DNA of 64,000 nucleotides from Deltaproteobacteria bacterium (GCA_011773515.1 WVXK01000062.1:68751-132750); one strand, 5' to 3'. Counted from the stretch's first letter, positions 1 through 10,979 are shown. Notes: generated by a model from the letters alone, not told the origin. Numbers and translations are program-made.

Positions 1-651
1 GAGTATCACGGCAATCTTTCCTCTCACGTCACCGATGATCTTCGTGAGCTCGGCCACATTCGGGCCGACCCTGCGCTTATCAATAATGGCCAGCGTGGCA
101 TCGAGCCTCTTTGCAAACGCTCGTGCCCTCTCGACCCCCCCAGCATCAGGGGAAACGACAACGATTTCATTTTGATAGGCCTCCCGTAAATAGGCAAGGA
201 TCACCGGTGACGCATACAGGTGATCGACAGGTATATTGAAAAAACCCTGTATCTGGCCTGCGTGGAGATCCATCGTAAGAAGCCGGGAAATTCCTGCTGC
301 CGAAAGAAGGTCAGCCACGAGTTTCGCCGTGATGGACGTTCTCGGGGCAACTTTCCTATCCTGCCGGGCGTACCCGTAATAGGGTATGACGGCATTTATC
401 CGGTTTGCAGAAGCCCTCTTCAGGGCATCGGTCATGACAAGTATCTCCATGAGGTTCTCGTTGACGGGTGGACAGGTCGGCTGAATGAGGAATACATCCA
501 TACCGCGAACGTTCTCCCCGATATCCACGTTTAGCTCTCCGTCGCTGAATCGCTTTACCGCCGCCTCGCCGAGACCGATGCCGAGATAGTCGCAAATACG
601 CTTTGCAAGATCCCTGTTGGCATTTCCTGAAAACACTTTAAGATTGTTCAT
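1..651 (-). CDS. prs: ribose-phosphate pyrophosphokinase (PRPP synthetase); 3' end truncated by window edge
   Basis: Minus-strand translation from ATG (649-651) gives [54 protein letters not shown]..., co-linear with E. coli Prs (FSDGE, NLMEL, ARQDR motifs). Absent from the ORF track because no stop lies within the window. Confidence 0.9.
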   Translation of the reverse strand, partial: MNNLKVFSGNANRDLAKRICDYLGIGLGEAAVKRFSDGELNVDIGENVRGMDVFLIQPTCPPVNENLMEILVMTDALKRASANRINAVIPYYGYARQDRKVAPRTSITAKLVADLLSAAGISRLLTMDLHAGQIQGFFNIPVDHLYASPVILAYLREAYQNEIVVVSPDAGGVERARAFAKRLDATLAIIDKRRVGPNVAELTKIIGDVRGKIAVIL

Positions 652-688
652 CGACTGTTTCCTCAACGGGATATCCCGAAGGTTGGCT

Positions 689-716
689 ATTATACACCAA
701 AAAGATAGATATTCAA
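689..716 (-). promoter_or_regulatory. sigma-70-like promoter for prs (TTGAAT-N16-TATAAT), followed by a 12-bp palindrome CGGGATATCCCG in the leader (667-678)
   Basis: Minus-strand reading TTGAAT atctatctttttggtg TATAAT between tRNA-Gln and the prs ATG; near-consensus hexamers. Confidence 0.5.
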
Positions 717-730
717 CAACAAAAAGAAAG

Positions 731-804
731 TGGCTGGGGGGGGAGGATTCGAACCTCCACTAGAGGCTCCAAAGGCCCCTGTCCTGCCCTTAGACGACCC
801 CCCA
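731..804 (-). tRNA. tRNA-Gln (anticodon TTG)
   Basis: Minus-strand 74 nt: TGGGGGG-TC-GTCT...AGGGGCC-TTTGGA-GCCTC...GGAGGTTCGAATCCTCC-CCCCCCA-G-CCA. 7-bp acceptor stem (TGGGGGG/CCCCCCA), T-loop GGTTCGAATCC, anticodon loop CTTTGGA with TTG at positions 34-36, encoded CCA end. Confidence 0.85.
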
Positions 805-828
805 GTCAAGCCGAAAAGTGCACATTCA

Positions 829-1110
829 TCACATCGTCGGCTGCTCGTCAAGGTTTTTCAACTCACTCTCATATTCAGTGAGCACCGCCTTTTCAATCAT
901 GGAGCGCGTTTCGTTGTTCAAGGGATGGGCAGTGTCCCTGTAGGTCCCATCTTTTCTCTTTTTGCTCGGCATGGCAACGAAAAGCCCCTCGTTTCCTTTG
1001 ATTATTTTCAGGTCCCTGACGATAAAACAGTCATCGAAAATAATCGTGGCGTACGCTTTCAACCTCTCATCATTCTGCACGGGAAACACTTTCACCTCGG
1101 TAATGTCCAT
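829..1110 (-). CDS. spoVG: septation protein SpoVG
   Basis: 93 aa, MDITEVKVFPV...AYATIIFDDCFIVRDLKIIKG: classic SpoVG family; ATG with GAGGAGGGGGAG RBS. Confidence 0.9.
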   Translation of the reverse strand: MDITEVKVFPVQNDERLKAYATIIFDDCFIVRDLKIIKGNEGLFVAMPSKKRKDGTYRDTAHPLNNETRSMIEKAVLTEYESELKNLDEQPTM

Positions 1111-1131
1111 CTCCCCCTCCTCATTTGATCT

Positions 1132-1989
1132 CTAAAAGTTGCTCACCAGCTTGGAAAAAAAACCTTCATTACCGTCGAAATCTTTCTGCGCCCTCTCCCC
1201 ATCCTCCTTTCTTTCATATAGTCCAAACACCGATGAACCCGATCCGCTCAAAAGGGCAGCTCCTGCTCCCAGAGCGAGCAGTCTTTCCTTTACCACCCCT
1301 AACTCAGGATACCGCTGAAATATCACATCCTCAAAATCATTGCGCAAAAAACCCTCAAGATCGCCGAGAGAGTTTATCATGTCGGGCTGCGGGCAGTCAA
1401 AAACAACCGGTTCACCACCCCTATCAAGCATCCTGTAGGCGGCTTTTGTGCTCACTGACACATCGGGCTTCACAATGAGAACATGAAACCTTTTTCCGAA
1501 CCGAATTTTTTTCACCTTTTCTCCCCTTCCCGCCACTACTGAGGGACCGGGAAAGATAAAAAAGGGCACATCGGAACCTATCTCCGGAGCAAGACCCATG
1601 AGGTCCCCTGCTCTCATCTCGCCAAGGAAAAGCAGGGACAACCCTTTCAAGACAGCGGCCGCATCACTGCTTCCGCCTCCGAGCCCGGAAGAAACGGGAA
1701 TATTCTTGTCGATTTCTATCTTCACCCCCCCGGACAGGGAATAGTGCTGAAAAAACAGATCGGCGGCCCTGAAGGCTATATTTTCCTCTCCCTCAGGAAC
1801 TTTGAAGTTGCCATCGCATGAAACTTCGATGCCCCTCTGTTTTTGGGAAATTGAAATCAGATCGAACAGGGAAACCGGCACCATGAGACTCACAATCTCA
1901 TGGTAACCATCGCTTCTCCTATGCAATACGTAAAGATAAAGATTGATTTTTGCCGGAGCGAGGATGTTTACTCTCTTAAATTTATTCAC
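1132..1989 (-). CDS. ispE: 4-diphosphocytidyl-2-C-methyl-D-erythritol kinase
   Basis: 285 aa GHMP kinase with LAPAKINLYL and PVSSGLGGGSSDAAA motifs; start is GTG at 1987-1989 per track (start call tentative). Confidence 0.9.
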   Translation of the reverse strand: MNKFKRVNILAPAKINLYLYVLHRRSDGYHEIVSLMVPVSLFDLISISQKQRGIEVSCDGNFKVPEGEENIAFRAADLFFQHYSLSGGVKIEIDKNIPVSSGLGGGSSDAAAVLKGLSLLFLGEMRAGDLMGLAPEIGSDVPFFIFPGPSVVAGRGEKVKKIRFGKRFHVLIVKPDVSVSTKAAYRMLDRGGEPVVFDCPQPDMINSLGDLEGFLRNDFEDVIFQRYPELGVVKERLLALGAGAALLSGSGSSVFGLYERKEDGERAQKDFDGNEGFFSKLVSNF

Positions 1990-2017
1990 CTGATTATCAA
2001 ACGCTGTTTTTTAAACT

Positions 2018-2045
2018 ATTTTAATTTTCACACATCTTTTGTCAA
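2018..2045 (-). promoter_or_regulatory. sigma-70-like promoter upstream of ispE (TTGACA-N16-TAAAAT)
   Basis: Minus-strand ccTTGACAaaagatgtgtgaaaatTAAAATag in the 80-bp gap between clpB stop and ispE start. Confidence 0.45.
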
Positions 2046-2069
2046 GGAATAATCTCTTCAGAACGGCAG

Positions 2070-4649
2070 TCAACTCTCAATCGAAAAGCGCAATCCCTCT
2101 TCACCCCGGTCAACGCTGACGACTGCACCTTCGGGGATCTCGCCGGAGATGATCCTGTGAGCGATGACATCGAGCACATGTTTCTGGATAGCCCTTTTCA
2201 GGGGTCTTGCCCCAAACACGGGATCCCATCCGCTCTCCACGATGAACTTCTTTGCACCTCCCGTAAGGTGTATCGATATATTCCTGTCCTTCAGGAGTGC
2301 CTCAACACTTTTGAGCTGAATATCGACAATTTTGACCAGGTCATCCTTTCCAAGGTTTCTGAATAGAACCGTCTCGTCGATCCTGTTGAGAAATTCCGGC
2401 TTGAAATGTCTCTTCAACTCTTCGAGAACCAGTTCTCCGCCCCGGTCAAAATCCTTTTCCGCCCATTCCTGGATTATGTGGCTTCCCACGTTTGACGTCA
2501 TAATTATAACAGTGTTTTTAAAATCCACGGTTCTGCCCTGGTTGTCGGTAAGACGCCCATCATCGAGTACCTGAAGGAATATATCGAAGACGCTCGAGTG
2601 GGCCTTTTCGATCTCGTCGAAAAGTATGACCGTGTAGGGCCTTCTTCTCACCGCTTCCGTCAACTGTCCCCCCTCCTCGTAGCCCACGTATCCGGGCGGA
2701 GCGCCTATCAGCCGGGCCACCGAGTGTTTTTCCATATACTCTGACATGTCGATCCTCACCATCGCGCTCTCTTCATCGAAGAGAAATTCGGCCAGGGCCC
2801 TGGCAAGCTCCGTCTTCCCGACTCCCGTGGGACCGAGAAATACAAAAGATCCTATCGGGCGGCCCGGGTCCTTGAGGCCGGCACGCCCCCTTCTCACGGC
2901 GTTTGAAACAAGTTCCACCGCCTTATCCTGACCGACCACCCGCTCCATGAGCTTTTCCTCCATTTTCAGGAGCTTGATGGACTCCGACTCCAGCAACCTC
3001 GTAACGGGTATCCTCGTCCACGTCGAGACGATTTCCGCAATGTCATCCTCGGTAACCTCCTCCTTCAGAAATCTTCTTTCCCCGGACAACCCCTCGATCT
3101 CTTCCTGCACCCGGCCCAGCTCCCGCATGAGCTCGGGCAAAACTCCGTAATTCAACCTGGATGCCCGCTCGAGGTCACCCTCCCGCTCGGCTATTTCTAT
3201 CTCGTTCTTGTTCGATTCGATCTTTTCTTTGATCTCCTGAACACGGGATATTATCCCCTTTTCTTTTTGCCATTGCCCGGTGAGCTCTTCCATCTCGCCA
3301 CGTAACTTTTGGATCTCCGTTTCAAATCGACCCAGTTTCTCCCGCGATGCGGCGTCATCTTCTCGCGACAGAGCCTTTTTCTCCATCTCGAGCTGCATGA
3401 TCTTCCTCTGGATCTCATCTATTTCGGTCGGTTTGCTGTCAATTTCTATTCTCAGCCTGGACCCTGCCTCATCAATGAGATCGACCGCCTTGTCGGGGAG
3501 AAATCTGTCGGAGATGTAGCGATGGGATAGAACGGCGGCAGCGATCAGGGCCGAGTCCCTGAACCTGACCCCATGGTGAACCTCGTACCGTTCCTTGAGA
3601 CCCCGGAGGATAGCAATGGTGCCCTCGACGGTCGGTTCCGTCACCATGACGGGCTGAAATCTCCGTTCGAGGGCCGGGTCCTTCTCGATGTTTTTCCTGT
3701 ACTCATCGAGAGTCGTTGCTCCGATACATCTCAGTTCCCCCCGTGCAAGGGGGGGCTTCAGCATGTTTGAAGCATCGATGGCCCCTTCGGCACTGCCTGC
3801 CCCAACAACCGTGTGCAGCTCGTCTATGAAGAGGATGATATCCCCCCCGGAATCGACGACCTCCTTGATCACCGCTTTTAGTCTCTCCTCAAACTCACCT
3901 CTGAACTTTGCCCCCGCAACCAGGGCCCCCATGTCAAGGGCTATGATTCTCTTCTCCTTCAGAGACTCCGGCACATCCTTTGCGAGAATCCTCCTTGCAA
4001 GTCCCTCCACGATAGCGGTTTTTCCCACACCGGCCTCACCGATGAGAACGGGGTTATTTTTCGTCCTCCTCGAGAGCACCTGGACTATCCTTCTTATCTC
4101 CTCATCCCTCCCGATTACGGGGTCGAGTTTTCCTGCCCTCGCAAGGTCGGTAAGATCCTTTCCGTATTTTTCCAGTGGCCTGTACCTGTCCTCCGGAGAT
4201 TCATCGGTTATCCGCATGCTCCCCCTCATTTCCGAAAGGGCCTTCAGGACCGCCTCCCTGGATACCCCCTGGCCGGCAAGAATTTTTGCAACGGATCCGC
4301 TCTCCTTATGGATTGCCCCCAGGAGAACGTGCTCGCCGGAAATATATTCGTCATTGAGCGCTTCCATCTCCCGTAAGGAAAGATCGAGCAGTTTTTCCAT
4401 TTCAGGGGTGATGTATTTCTGTGTAACCCCTGAAACCCTGGGAAGTTTTTCGAGCGCCCCGTCAATTTCTGACACGACCCTCTCAGGGGAGATCCCGATT
4501 TTTTTCACGATATCGCGCGCACTGCTCTCTTTTTCGGACAACAAAGCGTGGATCAGATGGGCACTGTCGATGAACTGGTGCCCCCGGGAATCTGACAGGT
4601 TTCTCGCCTTTTCTATGGCTTCCCGTGTTTTTATGGTAAACCTCTCCAT
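2070..4649 (-). CDS. clpB: chaperone ClpB (AAA+ disaggregase)
   Basis: Track ORF 2070..4814; true start ATG at 4647-4649 ([15 protein letters not shown]) preceded by GGAGG RBS. Two AAA+ modules ([13 protein letters not shown]; [12 protein letters not shown]) and the long coiled-coil middle domain typical of ClpB; no ClpP-binding loop. Confidence 0.95.
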   Translation of the reverse strand: MERFTIKTREAIEKARNLSDSRGHQFIDSAHLIHALLSEKESSARDIVKKIGISPERVVSEIDGALEKLPRVSGVTQKYITPEMEKLLDLSLREMEALNDEYISGEHVLLGAIHKESGSVAKILAGQGVSREAVLKALSEMRGSMRITDESPEDRYRPLEKYGKDLTDLARAGKLDPVIGRDEEIRRIVQVLSRRTKNNPVLIGEAGVGKTAIVEGLARRILAKDVPESLKEKRIIALDMGALVAGAKFRGEFEERLKAVIKEVVDSGGDIILFIDELHTVVGAGSAEGAIDASNMLKPPLARGELRCIGATTLDEYRKNIEKDPALERRFQPVMVTEPTVEGTIAILRGLKERYEVHHGVRFRDSALIAAAVLSHRYISDRFLPDKAVDLIDEAGSRLRIEIDSKPTEIDEIQRKIMQLEMEKKALSREDDAASREKLGRFETEIQKLRGEMEELTGQWQKEKGIISRVQEIKEKIESNKNEIEIAEREGDLERASRLNYGVLPELMRELGRVQEEIEGLSGERRFLKEEVTEDDIAEIVSTWTRIPVTRLLESESIKLLKMEEKLMERVVGQDKAVELVSNAVRRGRAGLKDPGRPIGSFVFLGPTGVGKTELARALAEFLFDEESAMVRIDMSEYMEKHSVARLIGAPPGYVGYEEGGQLTEAVRRRPYTVILFDEIEKAHSSVFDIFLQVLDDGRLTDNQGRTVDFKNTVIIMTSNVGSHIIQEWAEKDFDRGGELVLEELKRHFKPEFLNRIDETVLFRNLGKDDLVKIVDIQLKSVEALLKDRNISIHLTGGAKKFIVESGWDPVFGARPLKRAIQKHVLDVIAHRIISGEIPEGAVVSVDRGEEGLRFSIES

Positions 4650-4703
4650 GCTAATCACTGGAGAAACCTCCTCTTTTTTACCGTCGTCAATTATGAAAAC
4701 AAC

Positions 4704-4735
4704 AAAAAAAAACCCTCCCGGCAGGGCCGGGAGGG
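4704..4735 (-). terminator. rho-independent terminator after degP
   Basis: Minus strand CCCTCCCGGC-CCT-GCCGGGAGGG (perfect 10-bp GC stem) followed by a U9 run, 12 nt after the degP TAG stop. Confidence 0.8.
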
Positions 4736-4746
4736 GCTCGTGCCGG

Positions 4747-6192
4747 CTATTGCTTTTTGACAACCACGTACATTCTCCTTTCCCCTCTCTCGACGAGAAA
4801 AAGAACGCTGTCATCAGCTGAACCCTTTTTCAGGGCTTCCCTGAACTCATTCAAACTCCCGATGCGGTTTCTGTTCACCTGCCTTATGATGTCTCTCTCA
4901 CGAATACCGGCATCATCGGTGGGAGATCCCGACGCCACGCCGGTGACAATCACCCCTTTCATGTCCTCAATCTCCATGTGCTTCGCTATTTCCTCGGTGA
5001 TGTCCTGAACGGTCAGTCCCAGGTCCCCAATAATGTCCGTCTTTGCCATGGTGACCTCTTCGGGCATCTCTCCGAGTTTTACCTCCACAGTCTGCTCTTT
5101 ACCGTCCCTTATTATCCCGACCTTGACCTTCGTGCCAGGTGGGGTATCTGCAACGATGGCAGGGAGTTGCTGCGCATCCTCGATCTTCTTGGCGTTGAAT
5201 TCCTTCAGCACATCTCCCTCTTTCAATCCGGCGCTCTCGGCTGGTGAGTCTTTCATCACCTCCGTGATGATCACCCCGTCCTTGGACTCGAGGTTGAGAG
5301 ATTTCGCCATGTCATCGGTTATGCTCTGCATGTAGATTCCGAGCCACCCCCGAACGACCTTTCCCCGCTCCTTCAGCTGCGCGAAAACGGTCTTGGCCAT
5401 GTTGACGGGTATGGCGAAACCGATCCCCTGCCCACCCTGAACGATGGCTGTGTTGATCCCCACCACTTCTCCCTTCAGGTTGAAGAGGGGACCTCCGCTG
5501 TTTCCGGGGTTGATGGAGGCGTCGGTCTGGATGAAGTCATCGTAGGGTCCCGATCCGATTACCCTTCCTTTCGCGCTCACGATTCCCGTCGTTACCGTGT
5601 GATCGAGGCCGAAGGGGTTCCCTATCGCAACGACCCACTCACCCACTTTCAGAGAATCCGAGTCACCCATCTCCACCGTTGGCAGGGTATCTCCGTTCCT
5701 TATCCGTATAAGCGCTATATCCGTCTTCGGATCGGTCCCTATGATTTCCGCCTCGAACTCCTTCCCGTCGTGCAGCTTCACCGTTATCTCGTCAGCCCGC
5801 TGTACAACGTGACTGTTCGTAAGTATGAACCCGTCTCCCGACACGATAAAGCCCGACCCGAGAGATCGCCTCTTCTGCTCCCTCGGCATCCTGCCGAAAA
5901 AATCCTCGAAAAACTCCTCAAAGGGATCCCGGGAGAAAGGGCTTCTGAATTGCGGCTTTCTGAACTTCACGATGGTCGTGGTGCTGATGTTCACGATGGA
6001 ATCTTTCACCCCCTCTACGAGCTCCGGGATGTTCGTGGGAAGATTGAAGTTGCTTTCTTTCTGTTCGCCGGGCTTCTTCTCGATATAGGCAGCATCCGTT
6101 TTTTCCAGCAATTTTCCATCTTTGCCGTGAATAATCAGCCCAACCAAAATCACCAGTGCCAGAAGGAGCACACCGATTCTTACCTTCCTCAT
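4747..6192 (-). CDS. degP: periplasmic serine endoprotease DegP/HtrA family (trypsin domain + 2 PDZ)
   Basis: 481 aa; signal peptide [19 protein letters not shown]; catalytic motifs [15 protein letters not shown]; two PDZ-like regions; ATG with AAAGGAGGTGG RBS. Confidence 0.9.
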   Translation of the reverse strand: MRKVRIGVLLLALVILVGLIIHGKDGKLLEKTDAAYIEKKPGEQKESNFNLPTNIPELVEGVKDSIVNISTTTIVKFRKPQFRSPFSRDPFEEFFEDFFGRMPREQKRRSLGSGFIVSGDGFILTNSHVVQRADEITVKLHDGKEFEAEIIGTDPKTDIALIRIRNGDTLPTVEMGDSDSLKVGEWVVAIGNPFGLDHTVTTGIVSAKGRVIGSGPYDDFIQTDASINPGNSGGPLFNLKGEVVGINTAIVQGGQGIGFAIPVNMAKTVFAQLKERGKVVRGWLGIYMQSITDDMAKSLNLESKDGVIITEVMKDSPAESAGLKEGDVLKEFNAKKIEDAQQLPAIVADTPPGTKVKVGIIRDGKEQTVEVKLGEMPEEVTMAKTDIIGDLGLTVQDITEEIAKHMEIEDMKGVIVTGVASGSPTDDAGIRERDIIRQVNRNRIGSLNEFREALKKGSADDSVLFLVERGERRMYVVVKKQ

Positions 6193-6230
6193 CGCAATCC
6201 ACCTCCTTTTATCGGGTAGACGCCCCTCAT

Positions 6231-6713
6231 CTATGGATTATTCGATACGCCCTGCGCAACCTTCACGTAAACCATCCTCAGCTGGGAAAGGTATTCTTTG
6301 ATCAATGAATCTTCTTCCTCGGACAGGTTTCCCCTCGTTTTACGCTCCAGGACCCCGAGAAGGTCGATATATTGCCTGGCAATCTCCAGATTCGGCTCCC
6401 CGGGTGTCATCCCCTCACCTTCGAGCATGCCCAGTGAGGCCAGTGCCTGCATAAAAAAAGACTTCACGATGTCGGTGAAATCGGGTTCGTGGTATCGGGG
6501 GGGGGTCTCCCGGGCGTAATCTCCGCTCCCACCCGTTTTTTCGGCGGGCCCTTCGCTCTTTTTCGGCTCTTGACTCGCGTCTTTTGCCTGCTTGGCCCCC
6601 TCAGCTGCCCTGGACCCCACGGGAGGGACATCGCTTTTTTCTTCCGGTGCGTCCTCTCTTCCGATTCTCCTCTTGTCGATAACCCTGAACCCCTTCTCCT
6701 TCTCATCACCCAT
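6231..6713 (-). CDS. DUF1844-family hypothetical protein, translationally coupled to upstream Clp ATPase
   Basis: 160 aa; Lys/Glu-rich N-terminus then PDFTDIVKSFFMQALASLGMLEG (DUF1844-like core). Its ATG (6711-6713) directly abuts the TAG stop of the ClpA-like gene (TAGATG). Confidence 0.7.
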   Translation of the reverse strand: MGDEKEKGFRVIDKRRIGREDAPEEKSDVPPVGSRAAEGAKQAKDASQEPKKSEGPAEKTGGSGDYARETPPRYHEPDFTDIVKSFFMQALASLGMLEGEGMTPGEPNLEIARQYIDLLGVLERKTRGNLSEEEDSLIKEYLSQLRMVYVKVAQGVSNNP

Positions 6714-8981
6714 CTATACACCAACCTCCTTTTGGTTCACCACGAGATCCCCCTCAACGAGATCGAGGTAAAACATGTCCGACTCATTCCACATGAGCGT
6801 TATCGGGATCTTCACTTTCTCATCTATCGTCCTCTTGAGAAACCGTGCGCCGTATTTGATGCTGAACCCGATTTCAGAGAGAAAACCCAGAGATTCATCC
6901 GAGTACTGGAGGTCCTTTCCGTATTCGGCCATCGTCTTCTTGATCGTTTTCAGGTACATTTCCGCTATTTTCCTCACCTCCTCCATCGGGAGGAACCTGA
7001 AGACGATCACATCGTCAATTCGATTTATAAACTCGGGCGAAAAGCGTTCCTCAACGAGATTTATCACGCTCTTTTTCACCGATTCGTAGTTGGCATCTCC
7101 CACGTCAAAGCCCAGCGGCTTTGTCAGCCTCGAATACTCGCCGGCACCCAGGTTGCTCGTCATGATTATGATCGAATCGCTGAAGTATACCTTTTTGCCC
7201 CTGCCGTCGGTGAGCCACCCTTCATCGAAAACCTGGAGGAAAAGGTTGAGAACGTACTGGTCAGCCTTTTCGATCTCGTCCAGGAGGACCACGGTGTAGG
7301 GGTTGTCTTTTATCTGATTCGTCAAAATCCCGCCTCTCTCGGAGCCGACGATTCCCCGGGGCATGCCGATAAGTTTATCTACCGAGACGGTGCCGTCCCG
7401 GTACTCCGACATATCCACCCTCACCATCTTCTGATCATCACCGAAAAGGCATTGTGACAGCGCCTTTGCCATCTCCGTCTTGCCCACACCCGTCGGCCCC
7501 AGGAAAAGCAGAACGCCGTCCGGCTTGTAATAATTTTCCTTCAGGGGCCCCTTGTTCAGGCGCAGCGCCCTGCCCACGGCCTGGATTGCCTCGATCTGTC
7601 CCACCACTCTCGCCGTAAGGTCCTCCTCGATATGGGCGAACCTGTCCACAACATCCCGCTTGATTATGTCTACCGGTGTCTTGATCTCCTTCGATATCAC
7701 GCCGATGATATCCTCGGATGTGACGACTTTGTCCTTGTTCTCGATTTCAACCCTAACCGCTGCCGTATCGATCCAGTTGATAACCTTATCGGGGAGCCTC
7801 AGCGACCTTGCATATCTCTTGGACATGGAAAGAGCCATCTCTATTGCCTCATCGTCTATCACCACGCCATAATTAGACTCGAGACGGGGTTTGAGGCCGT
7901 AGAGTATCTCCCGCGTTTCCTCTATGGTGGGCTCGTCGATTTTTACGATTCTGAACCTCCTCGACAGAGCCTCGTCTTCCTGGATAATTTCCTTGTATTC
8001 CGTCGTGGTCGTTGCCCCTATCATCTGCACTTCACCCCGCGCCAGGGAGGACTTGAATATGTTCGCCGCATCGGAAGGAACACCCATGGCGGACCCGGCC
8101 CCGATAATTGTGTGGGCCTCGTCGACAAAGAGAATTATGTTCTTTTTCTCTCTGAGCTCATTTATGATCTTCTCGATCCTGTCCTCGAACATACCCCTGA
8201 ATACCGTACCGGCGACAACCGTGTTCATCTGAAGGTTGACCACCTGGTGGCCTCTCAGCCGCGGGGGCACCCTGTGGGGCTCGAACTCGAGGCGCAGCGC
8301 AACGCCCTCCACAACGGCGGTCTTACCCACACCGGGATCCCCCGTAACCATCACCGAATTGCACCTGTCCTTGTGGCAGAGAATTTCGAGAATCATATCG
8401 ATCTCATCTTCCCTTCCGATGACGGGGGGAATTTTTCCCTCCCTTGCCAGCAGGTTCAGGTTCACACCAAAGGTGCGAAGGTTAGTGGGAAGCTCGTATC
8501 TCTTCTTGAGGTCTTCGTATTTTTCCTCCCGCGTCTTCAGGTGCATGCTGAACTTCGAAAGGGCTGCCTGCGGATCGACCCCGTAACTCTTGAAAATTCT
8601 TGCCGGTATCGAATGTGTCTCGTGGAAGATTGCAAGAAAAATATCGGGAGGTTCGATGAGATTTCTCTTGTTCCTCTGTGTGGTTTCCCACGCGATGCGA
8701 AACACCTGTTTCGTCGCAGGGGGGATCTTCATGCCCACACCCAGGTATTGCCGCGAGATGCTCAAGTACTCCTTCAGGCTGTATATTACCGACTCAGGCT
8801 CGAGGCCGACGCTCTTTACCAGGTCCTGAAAGAGCTGCTTTTCAACCCCCGAAAAGGATATGAAGAGGTGTTCGAGCCCGAGGTAGTAGTGATGCCTCTT
8901 CTGGGACTCCTCGATGGCACTTGAAAGCATCTTCTGTGCTTTCTCGGTAAGTCTCTCTCTGTAGAACGCGATCTCCATCAT
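6714..8981 (-). CDS. ClpA/ClpC-family AAA+ unfoldase (Clp_N repeats + two AAA modules + ClpP-docking LGF loop)
   Basis: 755 aa; N-terminal double Clp_N repeat; Walker A GDPGVGKTAVVEG and [13 protein letters not shown]; KPLGFDVG tripeptide loop in D2 consistent with ClpP binding; ATG with GAGGG RBS. Confidence 0.9.
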   Translation of the reverse strand: MMEIAFYRERLTEKAQKMLSSAIEESQKRHHYYLGLEHLFISFSGVEKQLFQDLVKSVGLEPESVIYSLKEYLSISRQYLGVGMKIPPATKQVFRIAWETTQRNKRNLIEPPDIFLAIFHETHSIPARIFKSYGVDPQAALSKFSMHLKTREEKYEDLKKRYELPTNLRTFGVNLNLLAREGKIPPVIGREDEIDMILEILCHKDRCNSVMVTGDPGVGKTAVVEGVALRLEFEPHRVPPRLRGHQVVNLQMNTVVAGTVFRGMFEDRIEKIINELREKKNIILFVDEAHTIIGAGSAMGVPSDAANIFKSSLARGEVQMIGATTTTEYKEIIQEDEALSRRFRIVKIDEPTIEETREILYGLKPRLESNYGVVIDDEAIEMALSMSKRYARSLRLPDKVINWIDTAAVRVEIENKDKVVTSEDIIGVISKEIKTPVDIIKRDVVDRFAHIEEDLTARVVGQIEAIQAVGRALRLNKGPLKENYYKPDGVLLFLGPTGVGKTEMAKALSQCLFGDDQKMVRVDMSEYRDGTVSVDKLIGMPRGIVGSERGGILTNQIKDNPYTVVLLDEIEKADQYVLNLFLQVFDEGWLTDGRGKKVYFSDSIIIMTSNLGAGEYSRLTKPLGFDVGDANYESVKKSVINLVEERFSPEFINRIDDVIVFRFLPMEEVRKIAEMYLKTIKKTMAEYGKDLQYSDESLGFLSEIGFSIKYGARFLKRTIDEKVKIPITLMWNESDMFYLDLVEGDLVVNQKEVGV

Positions 8982-8993
8982 GGCTCTTTACCC

Positions 8994-9851
8994 TCAAGCT
9001 GACGTTCCCGCCATTTTTGACAGCCTCTGTATTCTTTCCTCAAGTGGCGGGTGAGTTGAGAAAAGAGCCCCGAACGCCCTTCGTCCGGAAAAATTGTTGA
9101 CGATAAACAGATGGGATGTGGCCGGGTTCGCCGCGATCGGGCGCGAGGGCCGGTATCCTCCAAGTTTTCTCAATGCGCTTGCAAGGTTCTCGGGTTTCCC
9201 GGATAGCTTCGCTCCTGAGGCATCGGCGAGATATTCCCTGCCCCGTGAGATTCCCAGCTGTATAACCATGGCGGCAATCGGCGCAAAGATCGCCACCGCC
9301 AGCAGCCCGAGAATTCCTCCTTCCCCGTCGTCGTCTCTGCCGCCGATGCCGAATATTGCAGCGAATCGTGCCATGGAGGCGAGCATCATGACTGCGCCGG
9401 CAAGGGTGGCAGCAACTGTCTGTATCAGCGTATCCCGGTTTCTGATATGGGCAAGCTCATGGGCCAAAACGCCCTCTATTTCGTCCTCCGTGAGCAAACC
9501 GAGCAATCCCGTGGTTACTGCCACGGCAGAGTTTTCCGGGTTTCGCCCGGTGGCAAAAGCGTTCGGCGTCGGATTCGGCACCACACACACTTTGGGCATG
9601 GGGAGGCCACCGGCCCGCGTCAATTCCCTTACGATGCGGTACAACTGGGGATACTCACCTTCATCGGCCTCCTTGGCCCTGTACATGCCGAGTACGATCC
9701 TGTCTGAAAACCAGTAGCTTCCGAAGTTAAAGAGAATGGCAAAGACAAAAGCGATGAGCATCCCCTGTCTTCCGCCAAACAAGCTCCCAATAACCAGCAG
9801 AAGGCCCGTCAGGAGGCTGAGAAGTATTGCCGTTCTAAACGTGCTCGTCAT
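8994..9851 (-). CDS. htpX: membrane zinc metalloprotease HtpX (M48)
   Basis: 285 aa, TM helices, HELAHIRNRD (HExxH) motif, typical HtpX length and topology. Confidence 0.9.
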   Translation of the reverse strand: MTSTFRTAILLSLLTGLLLVIGSLFGGRQGMLIAFVFAILFNFGSYWFSDRIVLGMYRAKEADEGEYPQLYRIVRELTRAGGLPMPKVCVVPNPTPNAFATGRNPENSAVAVTTGLLGLLTEDEIEGVLAHELAHIRNRDTLIQTVAATLAGAVMMLASMARFAAIFGIGGRDDDGEGGILGLLAVAIFAPIAAMVIQLGISRGREYLADASGAKLSGKPENLASALRKLGGYRPSRPIAANPATSHLFIVNNFSGRRAFGALFSTHPPLEERIQRLSKMAGTSA

Positions 9852-9896
9852 CTCTGTTCACCCCATTCTTGCATTTTTCGAAACCTGTTCCCCGAT

Positions 9897-10979
9897 CTAC
9901 TCTGAGTACCTACTCCTTATATCATTATCTTCCCATTTTGCCATTTCTTTAACAAGTCTTCTGTACGCCTCGTCCTGATTTCTGGGAAGGACAACCCTGA
10001 CCACGACATACTGGTCACCCCTTCCCCCGCCGCTTTTGTATGCGCCCTTGCCCTTCAACCGTATCTTCTTTCCGCTCTCGGTACCCGGGGGAATCTTCAC
10101 CTTCACCGTGCCGTCTATGGTCGGCACCTCGATCGTGGCCCCGAGAACAGCCTCAGAGTAATTGAGAGGAACTTCCATGAATATATCGAATCCCTCTCTC
10201 TTGAAGAACCGGTGGGCTCCTACCTCGACTTCCAGGTAGAGATCCCCTGAGCCTCCACCAGCTCTGCCCATCTCTCCTTTTCCTGCAACTCTCACCTTCG
10301 TTCCCCTGCTTGCGCCCGGTGGGATTTTGACCTTAATCCTTTCCGAGACATCTTTCATCCCCGCGCCAATGCATGACCCGCAGGGGGAACCGGTAAATCC
10401 TGCCCCCCTGCAACTTTCACAGGGCTGGGCTATACCCAATATCCCTCCCCCGCGCTTCATCCGCCCGCTGCCCCCGCAGGTTGCACAGGTGGATCGGGCA
10501 CCCGCCTGAATTCCTACTCCCCCGCAGTCAGGGCATTCCACGCGCCTTCTGTAGCTCAGCTCCCTTTCGGTCCCCTTTGCCGCCTCCAGAAAAGAGAGTT
10601 CGGCCCTGATCACGAGATCTCTTCCCCGCGTTGGTCCCCACTCACCATGTCCGGAACGCCCGAAAATATCCCCGAATATGTCTCCCAGGTCGAAGGACAT
10701 TCCCCTTCCGCCGGGATAGTCAAACCCTGAAAAACCCTCGAATCCGCCGGAGGAAAAGGCTCCCCTCTTCACGGCATCGTACTGCGCTTTCTTGCTCTCG
10801 TCGGATAGAACATCATGAGCTTCGTTTATTTCTTTGAACTTTTTCTCCGCTTCCTCATTCCCCGGATTTACGTCGGGATGATATTTCTTCGCAAGTCTTC
10901 TGAACGCTCTCTTTATCTCCTCTTTCGTGGCGCTTTCCGGGATGCCAAGTATTTTGTAATAGTCCCTTGAAAAATCCAT
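9897..10979 (-). CDS. dnaJ: chaperone DnaJ
   Basis: 360 aa; J-domain (YYKILGIPESATKEEIKRAFRRLAKKYHPDVN), G/F region, four CxxCxGxG zinc-finger repeats, C-terminal domains. Confidence 0.95.
   Translation of the reverse strand: MDFSRDYYKILGIPESATKEEIKRAFRRLAKKYHPDVNPGNEEAEKKFKEINEAHDVLSDESKKAQYDAVKRGAFSSGGFEGFSGFDYPGGRGMSFDLGDIFGDIFGRSGHGEWGPTRGRDLVIRAELSFLEAAKGTERELSYRRRVECPDCGGVGIQAGARSTCATCGGSGRMKRGGGILGIAQPCESCRGAGFTGSPCGSCIGAGMKDVSERIKVKIPPGASRGTKVRVAGKGEMGRAGGGSGDLYLEVEVGAHRFFKREGFDIFMEVPLNYSEAVLGATIEVPTIDGTVKVKIPPGTESGKKIRLKGKGAYKSGGGRGDQYVVVRVVLPRNQDEAYRRLVKEMAKWEDNDIRSRYSE

Noticed and set aside
3688-4821. 377-aa plus-strand ORF
   Set aside because: Lies entirely antisense to clpB; Ser/Pro-rich low-complexity translation typical of a shadow ORF on the opposite strand of a GC3-biased gene.
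7632-8924. 430-aa plus-strand ORF
   Set aside because: Antisense to the ClpA/ClpC-like gene, whose AAA+ homology is unambiguous; no recognisable domains.
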